48,284 bases of DNA, from positions 1-48,284 of the forward strand of contig CAYWPZ010000005.1 in NCBI GenBank assembly GCA_964460135.1, in the 5' to 3' direction. The DNA is from an uncultured Caldilineales bacterium (GTDB lineage Bacteria; Chloroflexota; Anaerolineae; J102). Below are positions 1-8,697 of this stretch, piece after piece. Made by a program: the position numbers and the translations under genes. The first letter of the stretch is position 1, and every line of letters begins with the position of its first letter. A model generated the notes under the pieces. It saw only the letters and a list, made by a program, of their open reading frames with translations. It ran no database searches and was not told the origin of the DNA.

Positions 1-44
1 ACCCTTTCGCGCCGCTGCGTCACAGCGCCAACGAGACCCCGCCC

Positions 45-602
45 ATGCCCCCCCACCCCTTCGCCTCCCTCCACCCCCGCCGCCTGCTGCGCCTGTTCTG
101 GCTTGTCTTTGCTGGCGCCGTTGCGGTCATGATCATCATGCAGATCATCGGCCGCCTCTTGCAGACGCCCGCCGCCCCCATGGGCATCGTCTCCTTCGAA
201 TTCGCCCGCACCCCGGCCAACGCCCAGGCGATGGTGGACAGTTGGGGCGCGCTCGCCCGCATCCACGCCGGCTTCAGCCTGGGCTTCGACTATCTGTTCA
301 TGCCCCTCTATAGCACTGCCATCGGCCTGGCTTGTCTGTGGGGTGGGCGGGCGCTGCACCGCCGCGGCTGGCGGCTGGCTGGGCTGGGCGGCTGGTTGGC
401 TTGGGGCCTGTGGCTGGCCGCCCTGTGTGATGCCATCGAGAACCTCGCCCTCTGGCAGCTGCTGATCGCCCCGGCCGCTCCACCCTGGCCGGCCCTGGCC
501 TGGTGGATGGCGACGATCAAATTCGCTCTCATTCTCCTCGGTCTGCTGTACTATCTGTTTGCTCTCATCGTGCGGATAGGGGTGAGGGCAGGAGACGAGT
601 AG
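45..602 (+). CDS. hypothetical polytopic membrane protein
   Basis: 185-aa ORF with ATG start and 4-5 hydrophobic helices (LFWLVFAGAVAVMIIMQII, AIGLACLWGG, WLAWGLWLAALC, ALILLGLLYYLFALIV). No family recognised. Confidence 0.5.
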   Translation: MPPHPFASLHPRRLLRLFWLVFAGAVAVMIIMQIIGRLLQTPAAPMGIVSFEFARTPANAQAMVDSWGALARIHAGFSLGFDYLFMPLYSTAIGLACLWGGRALHRRGWRLAGLGGWLAWGLWLAALCDAIENLALWQLLIAPAAPPWPALAWWMATIKFALILLGLLYYLFALIVRIGVRAGDE

Positions 603-656
603 CAGGTGGCAGGTTTTATCACACCTCATTCCCCAATTCACAATCCGCAATTCCCC

Positions 657-1592
657 ATGCTCCATGACTTTGCCCGTAAATTACGCGCCAACATCGCCCG
701 CGCCATCATTGGCAAAGACGAAGTGGCCAACCTGGCCCTCATCGCCCTCCTTTGCGAAGGCCACATCCTCATCGAGGACGTGCCCGGCATCGGCAAGACC
801 ACACTGGCCAAGGCCCTGGCCCGCTCGTTGGCCTGCTCCTTCGCCCGCATCCAGTTCACGCCCGACCTCTTGCCTTCGGATGTCACCGGCATCGCCTGGT
901 ACAACCAAAAAGCCCAGGATTTCGAGTTCCGGCCGGGGCCGATCATGGCCCAGATCGTATTGGCCGACGAGATCAACCGCGCCACCCCGCGCACCCAGTC
1001 GGCCCTGCTGGAAGCCATGCAAGAGCGCCAGATCACCGTCGACCGCGAAACCTACCCCCTGCCTCGGCCTTTCCTCGTCCTTGCCACCCAGAACCCGATC
1101 GAGTTGGAAGGCACCTTCCCCCTGCCCGAGGCCCAGCTCGACCGTTTTCTGATCAAAGCCTCGCTCGGCTACCCCAGCGAAGCCGACGAAAACACCATGC
1201 TGCGCCAATACGAGCGCACCGATCCGCTGGCCGGGCTGCAGGCCGTCGTCAGCGATGCTGAGGTTGTGGCCGCACAACAGGCCGTGCGCGCGGTGCAGGT
1301 AGACGAAGCCGTGCGCGATTATCTGGTGCGGGTGGTGCGGGCCACCCGGCAGCACCCCGCCGTCGAACTGGGCGCCAGCCCGCGCGGGACACTGGCCCTA
1401 TTTCGCGCCTGCCAGGCCGGCGCCGCCCTCTCTGGCCGCAGCTATGTGCTGCCCGACGACGTGAAAACGATGGCGCCGCACGTCCTCACCCACCGCCTGC
1501 ACATCAGCCCGCAGACGCGGCTGCGCGGCCGCACTGCGCCCGAAATCGTGGCCGAGGTGGTGGGCGAAGTGCCTACGCCGGTGTTCAGTTGA
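657..1592 (+). CDS. MoxR-family AAA+ ATPase
   Basis: Walker A EDVPGIGKTT, Walker B VLADEINRA, and overall MoxR (AAA_3) pattern. The frame is open from GTG 606, but ATG 657 gives the usual short N-terminus (MLHDFARKL...IIGKDEV). Confidence 0.9.
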   Translation: MLHDFARKLRANIARAIIGKDEVANLALIALLCEGHILIEDVPGIGKTTLAKALARSLACSFARIQFTPDLLPSDVTGIAWYNQKAQDFEFRPGPIMAQIVLADEINRATPRTQSALLEAMQERQITVDRETYPLPRPFLVLATQNPIELEGTFPLPEAQLDRFLIKASLGYPSEADENTMLRQYERTDPLAGLQAVVSDAEVVAAQQAVRAVQVDEAVRDYLVRVVRATRQHPAVELGASPRGTLALFRACQAGAALSGRSYVLPDDVKTMAPHVLTHRLHISPQTRLRGRTAPEIVAEVVGEVPTPVFS

Positions 1593-1594
1593 CC

Positions 1595-2992
1595 ATGAGC
1601 AGCGGCCAGATCGAACCGCCCCCTGCCAACCCTGGTCTGCGCCAGGTGTTTGGTCGGCGGCGAATCGATGTCGAGATCGAAGAGCAATTCAGCGCCGCCT
1701 GGTTTGCCATTGCCCTCCTGTTCACCGTGGCCGGGCTGGCGCTGCGCATCGACGACCTGCTGGCCATTGCCGCCGCCCTGCTGGCCATTGCCGGCGTCAG
1801 CTGGCTGTGGAACCGGTTGGCCTTCTTTGGCCTGGACTACCGGCGGCGCTTTTCACTGCGCCGGGCCTTCGTCGGCGAAACCGTCGTGCTCGAACTGTCG
1901 GTCGCCAACCGCAAATGGTTGCCCCTCACCTGGTTACGCGTGGCCGACATCTTCCCCGTCGAGCTGCCGCTGGCGGGGGCGACCATCGTCCGGCGACACG
2001 ACACCAACCAGGGCGAGATGAGCAGCTTCTGGACGCTGAAATGGCGGGAGCGGGCCAAACGCACCTTCTCCATCCAGGCGGTGCAGCGCGGCCTCTACCG
2101 TTTTGGCCCCTCCCGGCTAGAGACCGGCGACATCTTCGGGCTTTTCCACTCTGTGCACAAGCTGGATGATGAGCAGACCCTTATCATCTACCCCCAAGTC
2201 CTACCCCTGACCCGCTTCGGACTGCCGGCCAAAGAGCCGTTTGGCACCCTCCCTTCCCCCCGGCTGGCCTTCCCCGACCCTCTGCGCACCATCGGCGTGC
2301 GCGACTACCACCCCGAAGACGACTTCCGCCTGTTGCACTGGAAAGCCACCGCCCGGCGCCAGCAGCTTCAGACCAGGGTGCTGGAACCGGCCACCTCGCA
2401 CAACCTGCTGGTGGCGCTCAACGTAGCCACCCTCGCCCAACACTGGCAGGGCATCCTGCCCGAAGTCTTGGAACAGACCATCAGCCTGGCCGCCTCGGTC
2501 TGCTACTACGGCCTGGAGCAACGCTGGCCCACCGGCCTGATCGCCAATGGCGCCCTGCCTCGCTCCGACCAACCCCTCCGTCTCCTACCCGGCCGCTCCC
2601 CCGGCCAGATCGCCGCCATCCTCGAGCTGCTGGCCGTGATCACACCCTTCGTCACCGCCCCCATCGAGGACATGATCGCCGCCGAAAGCGCCCGGCTGCC
2701 CTGGGGCAGCACACTGGTTGTGATCAGCGCCCTGGTCTCGCCGGCGCTGGCCGTCGCCCTCCTCGACCTCAAGCGCGGGGGACGGCGCCTGGTCTTGATC
2801 AGCCTCGATCCCGCCCCTCTGCCGCCTGAGATGCACGATCTCCTCGTCTACCGGCTCGGGCGCGGCCGGCAAGAAACCATCGACCTCGGCCTGCCGGCGG
2901 TGGGGGCGAGCGAACTGCTTGGCCCGGCCCAGCGCCAGCAGCAGGCCATCCACGCCGCCGCCGCCCTTCTGGCCGGCTCGCCCTCGTCATGA
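1595..2992 (+). CDS. DUF58 (vWA-like) protein, MoxR partner
   Basis: Signature RDYHPEDDFRLLHWKATARRQQLQTRVLE and an N-terminal TM hairpin. Sits directly after moxR. The alternative TTG start at 1589 overlaps the moxR stop. Confidence 0.85.
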   Translation: MSSGQIEPPPANPGLRQVFGRRRIDVEIEEQFSAAWFAIALLFTVAGLALRIDDLLAIAAALLAIAGVSWLWNRLAFFGLDYRRRFSLRRAFVGETVVLELSVANRKWLPLTWLRVADIFPVELPLAGATIVRRHDTNQGEMSSFWTLKWRERAKRTFSIQAVQRGLYRFGPSRLETGDIFGLFHSVHKLDDEQTLIIYPQVLPLTRFGLPAKEPFGTLPSPRLAFPDPLRTIGVRDYHPEDDFRLLHWKATARRQQLQTRVLEPATSHNLLVALNVATLAQHWQGILPEVLEQTISLAASVCYYGLEQRWPTGLIANGALPRSDQPLRLLPGRSPGQIAAILELLAVITPFVTAPIEDMIAAESARLPWGSTLVVISALVSPALAVALLDLKRGGRRLVLISLDPAPLPPEMHDLLVYRLGRGRQETIDLGLPAVGASELLGPAQRQQQAIHAAAALLAGSPSS

Positions 2993-4449
2993 CCCGCTCA
3001 TCTTTGCTCGCCTTCAGCCGCTCCCTTCCCTGGCAGCGGCTCGGCATCTTGCTGGCGCTGGTAGGGATGGAGGCGTCGTGGCTGGCGCCGCTGGTGGTCG
3101 GTTTGCAGCGTCGCAGCTGGGGCGCCTCGCCGGGCTGGCCTCTGCTGGGGATGGCGGCCCTGATGCTGCTGATGATCGTCATCGCCGCCTTCCTTTCCTC
3201 GCGCCAGCTCGAATCACCCCGCTACGAGCTGAGCATCCTGGCCAGCCTCATCCTCCTGAGCCTGCTCATCCTGCGCCTGGTTCTTTTCTGGGGCGAACCG
3301 GCGCTCAGCCTGCGCTGGCTTGCCGACGCCTTCATCACCAACAGCCGGCGACGCCTCGAAACGCTGCTCGTCTTGGCCACGCTTGGCTATCTGTGGTGGC
3401 GTAGCGTCACCATCCTGCAGCGGGAAGTCGGCTTTTTCACCGTCGGTTACGATTTTCGCAAGGGTGTGCTGGGCCTGGCCGCGGGCGTGTTCATCTACAA
3501 CGCCCTCACAGGTCGCTCGGCGGTCGTTTTCATCTACAGCTTCTTCTTCTTCGGCCTGATCGCCATCGCCATCGCTCGGGCCGAGGACAAAGCCCAAGTC
3601 AGCAGCCGGGGGCGGCCCTGGGGACCGGGTTGGCTGGGCGTTGTCGCCGCTGCCAGCCTGGCCATGACCCTTTTCATCGCCCTCCTCCATCAAGTCTGGG
3701 GGCGCGGCGGATTCAGTCGCGCCGGCCATGTCGCCGGCCCGGCCCTCCTTGCCCTCGCCCGCCTCCTGACCCCGGTCATTCTCTTCCTCCTCGGCCTGCT
3801 CGAACCGCTGTTCGAGGCGCTGGTGGCTTTCCTGCAACGGCTGCTCGGCCCCTTGTTCGCTGCCGCCGGCGAAATGCTGCCCACGGATCTGGCCGAAGGG
3901 CAGGCCATCGTCGTGGCCGAGGGCGAGACGGCCACGCGCTCGTTCGCCTGGCTGGAACCGCTCTTTCTGGTCGGCCTGCCCTGCCTGCTGTTGGCCGGAT
4001 TCCTGCTCCTGCTCGCCCTCCTGCTGCAGCGCCGCCGCGCTCGCAGCCTGGCCGCCGCCGAAGACGAAGGCCGGGAAAGCACCGGCGGCGCCGAGGCCGA
4101 TGGCCTGGCCGGCTGGATGCAAGCCCGCTGGCAACGCCTGCAAGAACTGGCGCGGCTGCTGGCCCGCTATGGTCCTGGCCGACGCTTCTACGCCGCCCTC
4201 TCGGTGCGCCACATCTACGCCAACGTGCAGCGTCTGGCCGCCGTCCGCGGCTTCCCTCGCGACAAGGCTCAGACCGCCAACGACTACCTGCCCACGCTTC
4301 TGGCCGCTTTCCCCGGCCAGGCCGCGGCCATCGCCCACATCACCGCCGCCTACAACGCCTTCGAGTACGGCCATGTCGCCGCCGATGATGACGAACTGGC
4401 CCGCTTGCACGCCGCCTGGGAGAGCATCCGCCAGGCCGGGAGAGGATAG
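2989..4449 (+). CDS. multi-pass membrane protein with C-terminal DUF4129-like region
   Basis: ATGA overlap with the DUF58 stop. At least 6 TM helices. The C-terminal segment YANVQRLAAVRGFPRDKAQTANDYL...AYNAFEYGH resembles DUF4129 tails of transglutaminase-like MoxR/DUF58 partners. I saw no transglutaminase Cys-His-Asp core. Confidence 0.7.
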   Translation: MTRSSLLAFSRSLPWQRLGILLALVGMEASWLAPLVVGLQRRSWGASPGWPLLGMAALMLLMIVIAAFLSSRQLESPRYELSILASLILLSLLILRLVLFWGEPALSLRWLADAFITNSRRRLETLLVLATLGYLWWRSVTILQREVGFFTVGYDFRKGVLGLAAGVFIYNALTGRSAVVFIYSFFFFGLIAIAIARAEDKAQVSSRGRPWGPGWLGVVAAASLAMTLFIALLHQVWGRGGFSRAGHVAGPALLALARLLTPVILFLLGLLEPLFEALVAFLQRLLGPLFAAAGEMLPTDLAEGQAIVVAEGETATRSFAWLEPLFLVGLPCLLLAGFLLLLALLLQRRRARSLAAAEDEGRESTGGAEADGLAGWMQARWQRLQELARLLARYGPGRRFYAALSVRHIYANVQRLAAVRGFPRDKAQTANDYLPTLLAAFPGQAAAIAHITAAYNAFEYGHVAADDDELARLHAAWESIRQAGRG

Positions 4450-4455
4450 CGCCCG

Positions 4456-5739
4456 ATGTCCGATCTCTACGAGCGTCTCGAACGCCTGCGCCAGGCCGGC
4501 CGCCTAAACCGCCGCCCCACCACGGTTGGCCCCCAGCCCGAAGAAGCGCTGCCCGCGCCCCGGCCCCCGCGCCCCGCCGCCCCGCTGACTCCGATCTCGG
4601 ATCTAAGCGAGCTGCCGGGGATGGAGGTGGTGCAGGGTTCGGCCGGCAGCTTCTTGCTACGGACGGTGCGACACGAGCTGGGGCACAACCAGGGACGGGT
4701 GCGCGTGGGCGATTTGCTCGCTCTGCCGGGCGAGTACGGCGCCATCGCCGCCAACGACCCCGATCTGGCGGGGCTGGACTTCGGCCGCATGGTCTTCATC
4801 GACACCGAAACCAGTGGGTTGGCAGGCGGGACGGGCACCATCGTCTTCCTGACCGGCGTTGGCCGCTTCGAGGACGATGGCTATGTCGTGCGGCAATATT
4901 TCGCCCGCCATCCCGCCGAAGAACCGGCCTACCTGCCCCACCTGGCCGCGCTGCTAAACGATGCAACCGGACTGGTCAGCTTCAACGGCAAGGCGTTCGA
5001 TCTGCCTCTGTTGCGCACGCGCTACCTCATGGCTGGTCTTCGTCCCCCGAACCTGGCCCTGCCCCACCTCGATTTGCTGCACCCTGCCCGGCGACTGTGG
5101 CGCCAGCGCCTGGGCGCCTGCAACTTCGGCCGCTTGGAGGCCGAAGTGCTGGGCCACGAGCGCGGCGGCCAGGATGTGCCCTCCTGGCTGATCCCAGACC
5201 TCTGGTTCCGTTTTGCCGCCGGCGAGAACAACACCGACGACATGGCCCATGTCCTCTACCACAACCTGCACGACATCCTCAGCATGGCGCCGCTGGCCAG
5301 CATCATCTGCGGCACCTTTGGCGGGGCAATCGACCCTCACCCCGGCGACCTGCTGGCCCTGGCCTACAGCCATGCCGCCCGCGGCCGCCACACCGAGGCC
5401 GAGGCCGCCTATCGCCGCGCCCTGGCCGATCCGCTGCGACCTGAACAGCGCCGGGCCGCCCTGGCCGGGCTGGCCGCCAGCCTCAAGCAACAAGAGCGGC
5501 GGGACGAGGCGGCCATCTGGTGGCAGACCCTGGCCGATCTGCAGCCGCCGGAGATCGAGCCCTACATAGAACTGGCGAAATATCACGAATGGGAGACGAA
5601 AGACCTGAACGCCGCCCTGGCCTGGACGCACAAAGCCCGCGCCGTGGCCGAACGATGGCGGCCCGGTTACCAGCGCACGCAAGCCCTGGCTGAAATCGAA
5701 CACCGGCGCCAGCGGTTGGCGCGGAAGATGGAGGGGTGA
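4456..5739 (+). CDS. RNase H-fold (YprB-like) exonuclease fused to TPR-like C-terminus
   Basis: FIDTETSGLAGGTGTIVFLTGVG, SFNGKAFDLPLL and HNLHDILS resemble the YprB/RNase_H_2 exonuclease fold. The C-terminal ~130 aa are TPR-like (AEAAYRRALA..., YIELAKYHEWETKDLNAAL). Starts 6 nt after the upstream stop. Confidence 0.7.
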   Translation: MSDLYERLERLRQAGRLNRRPTTVGPQPEEALPAPRPPRPAAPLTPISDLSELPGMEVVQGSAGSFLLRTVRHELGHNQGRVRVGDLLALPGEYGAIAANDPDLAGLDFGRMVFIDTETSGLAGGTGTIVFLTGVGRFEDDGYVVRQYFARHPAEEPAYLPHLAALLNDATGLVSFNGKAFDLPLLRTRYLMAGLRPPNLALPHLDLLHPARRLWRQRLGACNFGRLEAEVLGHERGGQDVPSWLIPDLWFRFAAGENNTDDMAHVLYHNLHDILSMAPLASIICGTFGGAIDPHPGDLLALAYSHAARGRHTEAEAAYRRALADPLRPEQRRAALAGLAASLKQQERRDEAAIWWQTLADLQPPEIEPYIELAKYHEWETKDLNAALAWTHKARAVAERWRPGYQRTQALAEIEHRRQRLARKMEG

Positions 5740-5927
5740 GAGGGGGGAGGGGTGTTTCGCGATCCACAATCCAAAATTCGCAATCAAGACCAATGGAACC
5801 GAGGACGGGGCCGGGGCGTCATCTTGGGTGCAAGGCGAGGCTGGCGCCGGTCAGGTCTCGGCCCTCGACGCACCCAAATCCATCAACCCCGCGCCCACAA
5901 GCGCTTTCTCAATCAGGAGATCCAGTC

Positions 5928-6695
5928 ATGAAACGCTTCACCCCCCTCTTTGTCCTCGCGGCCCTCGCTCTGATCGCCGCCCTCGTCGTTGGCTGCGCCG
6001 TCCCGGCGGCGGCCGGCGGCGGCCCCACCGCCGCCAACACCGCCGCCCTCCTCGCCGCCCAACAGACCGAGGCCCTGCCCCGCACGATCTCGGTCAACGG
6101 CAGCGGCGTCGCCAGCGCCGCGCCGGACGTCGCCTACGTCAGCCTCGGCGTCGAGACTGTGAACGCCGACCCGGCCCAGGCTGTGGCCGACAACAACACC
6201 AAAATGACCGCGGTCATGGAGGCAATCAAAGCCCTGGGCATCGCCGAAACCGATATCCAGACCGTCAACTACACGATGTGGATCGAACAGGTGGTGGATG
6301 GCGATGGCGTCCCCACCGGCGAGACGAAATACCACGTCAGCAACCAGATCCGGGTCAAAATCATCGACTTCGACCAGACCGGCGAGGCGCTGCAATCGGC
6401 CCTGGCCGCGGGCGCCAACACAGTGGCCGGGGTCGAATTCGCCATCTCGGACCCCAGCGCTCTGCAACAGCAAGCGCGCGACAAGGCCATGGCCGCTGCG
6501 CAGACCAAAGCCGAGCAACTGGCGAGCGGTTTCAAGGTCACGCTTGGCCCTGTGCGCAATGTCAACGAATTCAGCGGCGTCGTGCAGCCGGCAGCCCTGG
6601 CGATGGGCATCGGCGGCGGCGAGTCGGCCCCGATTTCGGGCGGCAGTTTCAGCGTCACGGTCGAGGTGCAGGTCGTCTACGACATCGCCGACTGA
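5928..6695 (+). CDS. SIMPL/DUF541 family lipoprotein (26-kDa periplasmic immunogenic protein-like)
   Basis: ATG 5928 preceded by AGGAGA (5915-5920). Signal peptide with lipobox-like LVVGC. SIMPL-type sequence ISVNGSGVASAAPDVAYVSLGVE...TVNYTM. The longer track ORF from 5736 is an unlikely extension. Confidence 0.85.
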   Translation: MKRFTPLFVLAALALIAALVVGCAVPAAAGGGPTAANTAALLAAQQTEALPRTISVNGSGVASAAPDVAYVSLGVETVNADPAQAVADNNTKMTAVMEAIKALGIAETDIQTVNYTMWIEQVVDGDGVPTGETKYHVSNQIRVKIIDFDQTGEALQSALAAGANTVAGVEFAISDPSALQQQARDKAMAAAQTKAEQLASGFKVTLGPVRNVNEFSGVVQPAALAMGIGGGESAPISGGSFSVTVEVQVVYDIAD

Positions 6696-6719
6696 AAACA
6701 GAACACCGGACGGGCCAGC

Positions 6720-6757
6720 AACGGCGGGCGGGAATCTCCCCCCGCCGTTTTCATTTT
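6720..6757 (+). terminator. rho-independent terminator after the SIMPL gene
   Basis: AACGGCGGG (6720-6728) pairs with CCCGCCGTT (6741-6749), and the inner GGG/CCC extends the stem. Followed by TTTCATTTT. Confidence 0.75.
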
Positions 6758-6802
6758 CCCAGGCCAGGCAACGCACACCAATATTCAATCCCCACCCCAT
6801 CT

Positions 6803-6831
6803 TTGACACACTCCCCGCGCCCCAGTACGAT
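6803..6831 (+). promoter_or_regulatory. sigma70-type promoter TTGACA-N17-TACGAT
   Basis: TTGACA 6803-6808, 17-nt spacer, TACGAT 6826-6831. About 31-nt leader with GGAG before ATG 6869. Confidence 0.65.
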
Positions 6832-6868
6832 CCCGCCATCCACCTCATCCCCGATTGGAGCGCTGCCC

Positions 6869-7954
6869 ATGTCCCTTGTCCCCACTCCCACCATCGTCGT
6901 CATGGAAGGCGACCAGACCGGCCAAGAGCTGCTGCTCGAAGCCCTGCGCGTGCTCGATCCGGCCGTCACCGGCGTACCGCTCGACCTCCTGCGCTTCGAC
7001 CTCAGCCTAGCCAACCGCCGCCTCACCCAGAACCAGGTCGTCTACGAGGCCGCCGCCGCCATGCGCGCCGCCGGCTATGGCCTCAAGGCGGCGACGATCA
7101 CGCCCGAGAGCGCGGGTGATGTCGGCAGCCCCAATGCCATCTTGCGCAAAGAAGTCGATGGCAATGTCATCGTCCGCACCGGCCGGCGTATCCCCAACAT
7201 CCGCCCCACGGCCGGCGTCCATGCCCCCATCACCGTCGTGCGTATGGCCGTAGACGACGCCTACGGGGCCGAAGAATGGCGGCAGCAGGCCAACGGCGAC
7301 GAGTGGGCCTATCGCACCGAAAAGATCAGCCGCAAGACCTGCCGGGCCGTGGCCGAATACAGCTTCTATCATGCCCGTCGCACCGGCGCCAAGGTCTTCG
7401 GCGGCCCCAAATACACCGTCTCGCCCGTCTACGAAGGCATGTTGAAAGAAGAAATGGACGCCGCCGCCCGCCGCTATCCCGGCGTCCGTTATGAACCCCA
7501 ACTGATCGACGCCACCTATGCCCTGCTGATCACCAACGCCGGCGAAGCGATGGTCATCCCCGCCCTCAACCGCGACGGCGACTGCCTGAGCGACCTGGTG
7601 TTGCAGATGTTCGGCTCCATCGCCGGCTCCGACTCGCTCTTGCTGGCCTTCGACAACGATTTCAACGTCAAAGTCGTGATGGCCGAAGCCCCACACGGCA
7701 CGGCGCCCTCGTTGCAGGGCAAGAACCTGGCCAACCCCATGGCCATGATCCTGGCCGGGGCCACCCTGCTCAACTACATCAACACCCCCGCCACCCAGCG
7801 GGCGGCGCGGGCCATTGTCGAAAGCACGATGGAAGCCGTCTACGAAGGCGTGCGCACCTTCGACCTGGGCGGCCAGGCCAACACCACCGAGTTCACCGAC
7901 GAAATCATCCGTCGCGTGCGCACCAAATTGGAAGTGTGGGCGGTGATCGGATAA
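6869..7954 (+). CDS. isocitrate/isopropylmalate dehydrogenase family protein
   Basis: MSLVPTPTIVVMEGDQTGQELL..., NRDGDCLSDLVLQMFGSIAGS and AEAPHGTAPSLQGKNLANPMAMILAG are typical of the beta-decarboxylating dehydrogenase fold. The track ORF (5828..) carries a spurious R/P-rich extension. Confidence 0.85.
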   Translation: MSLVPTPTIVVMEGDQTGQELLLEALRVLDPAVTGVPLDLLRFDLSLANRRLTQNQVVYEAAAAMRAAGYGLKAATITPESAGDVGSPNAILRKEVDGNVIVRTGRRIPNIRPTAGVHAPITVVRMAVDDAYGAEEWRQQANGDEWAYRTEKISRKTCRAVAEYSFYHARRTGAKVFGGPKYTVSPVYEGMLKEEMDAAARRYPGVRYEPQLIDATYALLITNAGEAMVIPALNRDGDCLSDLVLQMFGSIAGSDSLLLAFDNDFNVKVVMAEAPHGTAPSLQGKNLANPMAMILAGATLLNYINTPATQRAARAIVESTMEAVYEGVRTFDLGGQANTTEFTDEIIRRVRTKLEVWAVIG

Positions 7955-8008
7955 CGGACCTGTCAGGGGTGGCGAATACCCCGCAGGTCTCTCAGCGAGA
8001 GGCCAACC

Positions 8009-8626
8009 ATGTATCTGCTGGAACGCATCAACGACATGGTGCGCGAACAAGGTCGGGCGGTGGGAACGAGCATCGTCAACGTCGATACCTTGCTCAACCA
8101 CCGCATCGACTACACCTTTAGCGCCTATGCCGGCACGGCCCTGGCCGGCGCCGTTCACAGCCAGAAGATCGATGTAATCTTCACGGCCGAGGCGTCGGGG
8201 ATCAGTGTGGCGGTGTTCACGGCCATGACGGTGAACAACGAACAATGGCCGCAAGCCGCCAGTGTCGTCTTTGCCAAGAAGAGCCGGCCCATCACCCTGC
8301 CCGACGGCGGCTTCTACGAGATCGATTCCTTCAGCCGCACCAAGAACCGTCCGATCAAGCTCTATTTGGGCAGCCACATCATCCCGGCCGGAGCGCGCGT
8401 CTTCATCGTCGATGATTTCCTGGCCCAGGGTGATACGCTGGCAGCGCTGGCGGAATTGGTGCTGCGGGCCAACGCCCACATCGTCGCCTTTGGCGTCGTG
8501 GTCGAAAAGACCTTCGAGCCGGGCCGCGCCGCCCTGGCCCGCTACGAAGCCCCGGTCTACTCTCTGGTCAAGATCACCGACCTGAGCGACGGTCGCCTGC
8601 ATCTGGCCCCGCCCAGCCTCTCCTGA
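8009..8626 (+). CDS. xpt: xanthine phosphoribosyltransferase-like PRTase
   Basis: Collinear with B. subtilis Xpt from memory: VDTLLNHRID, EASGISVAV, PRPP loop VFIVDDFLAQGDT, VVVEKTFEPGR. Confidence 0.8.
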   Translation: MYLLERINDMVREQGRAVGTSIVNVDTLLNHRIDYTFSAYAGTALAGAVHSQKIDVIFTAEASGISVAVFTAMTVNNEQWPQAASVVFAKKSRPITLPDGGFYEIDSFSRTKNRPIKLYLGSHIIPAGARVFIVDDFLAQGDTLAALAELVLRANAHIVAFGVVVEKTFEPGRAALARYEAPVYSLVKITDLSDGRLHLAPPSLS

Positions 8627-8654
8627 CCAAAGCCGCCTACGAAGGGTGTGCGTA

Positions 8655-8684
8655 TTGCCCTGCCGCGCCTTGGCGTCGTATACT
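8655..8684 (+). promoter_or_regulatory. possible promoter TTGCCC-N18-TATACT
   Basis: Hexamers at 8655-8660 and 8679-8684. This would give a very short leader to ATG 8698. Confidence 0.35.
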
Positions 8685-8697
8685 TGCAGTTTCTACC

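Noticed and set aside
3214-4410. 398-aa minus-strand ORF (with similar shadows at 17277-18332 and 25261-26373)
   Set aside because: Antisense to membrane-protein, GT-C-like and SNF2 genes with clear sense-strand features. The products are low-complexity.
5828-6868. Long N-terminal extension of the dehydrogenase ORF (708-aa track ORF)
   Set aside because: The extension is R/P/G-rich nonsense that overlaps the SIMPL gene in another frame. A terminator, a promoter and an SD precede ATG 6869.
7007-8602. 531-aa ORF on the minus strand
   Set aside because: It is antisense to the well-supported dehydrogenase and xpt genes. The product is Gly/Ala/Asp/Arg-rich and low-complexity with no motif. This is a typical high-GC shadow ORF.
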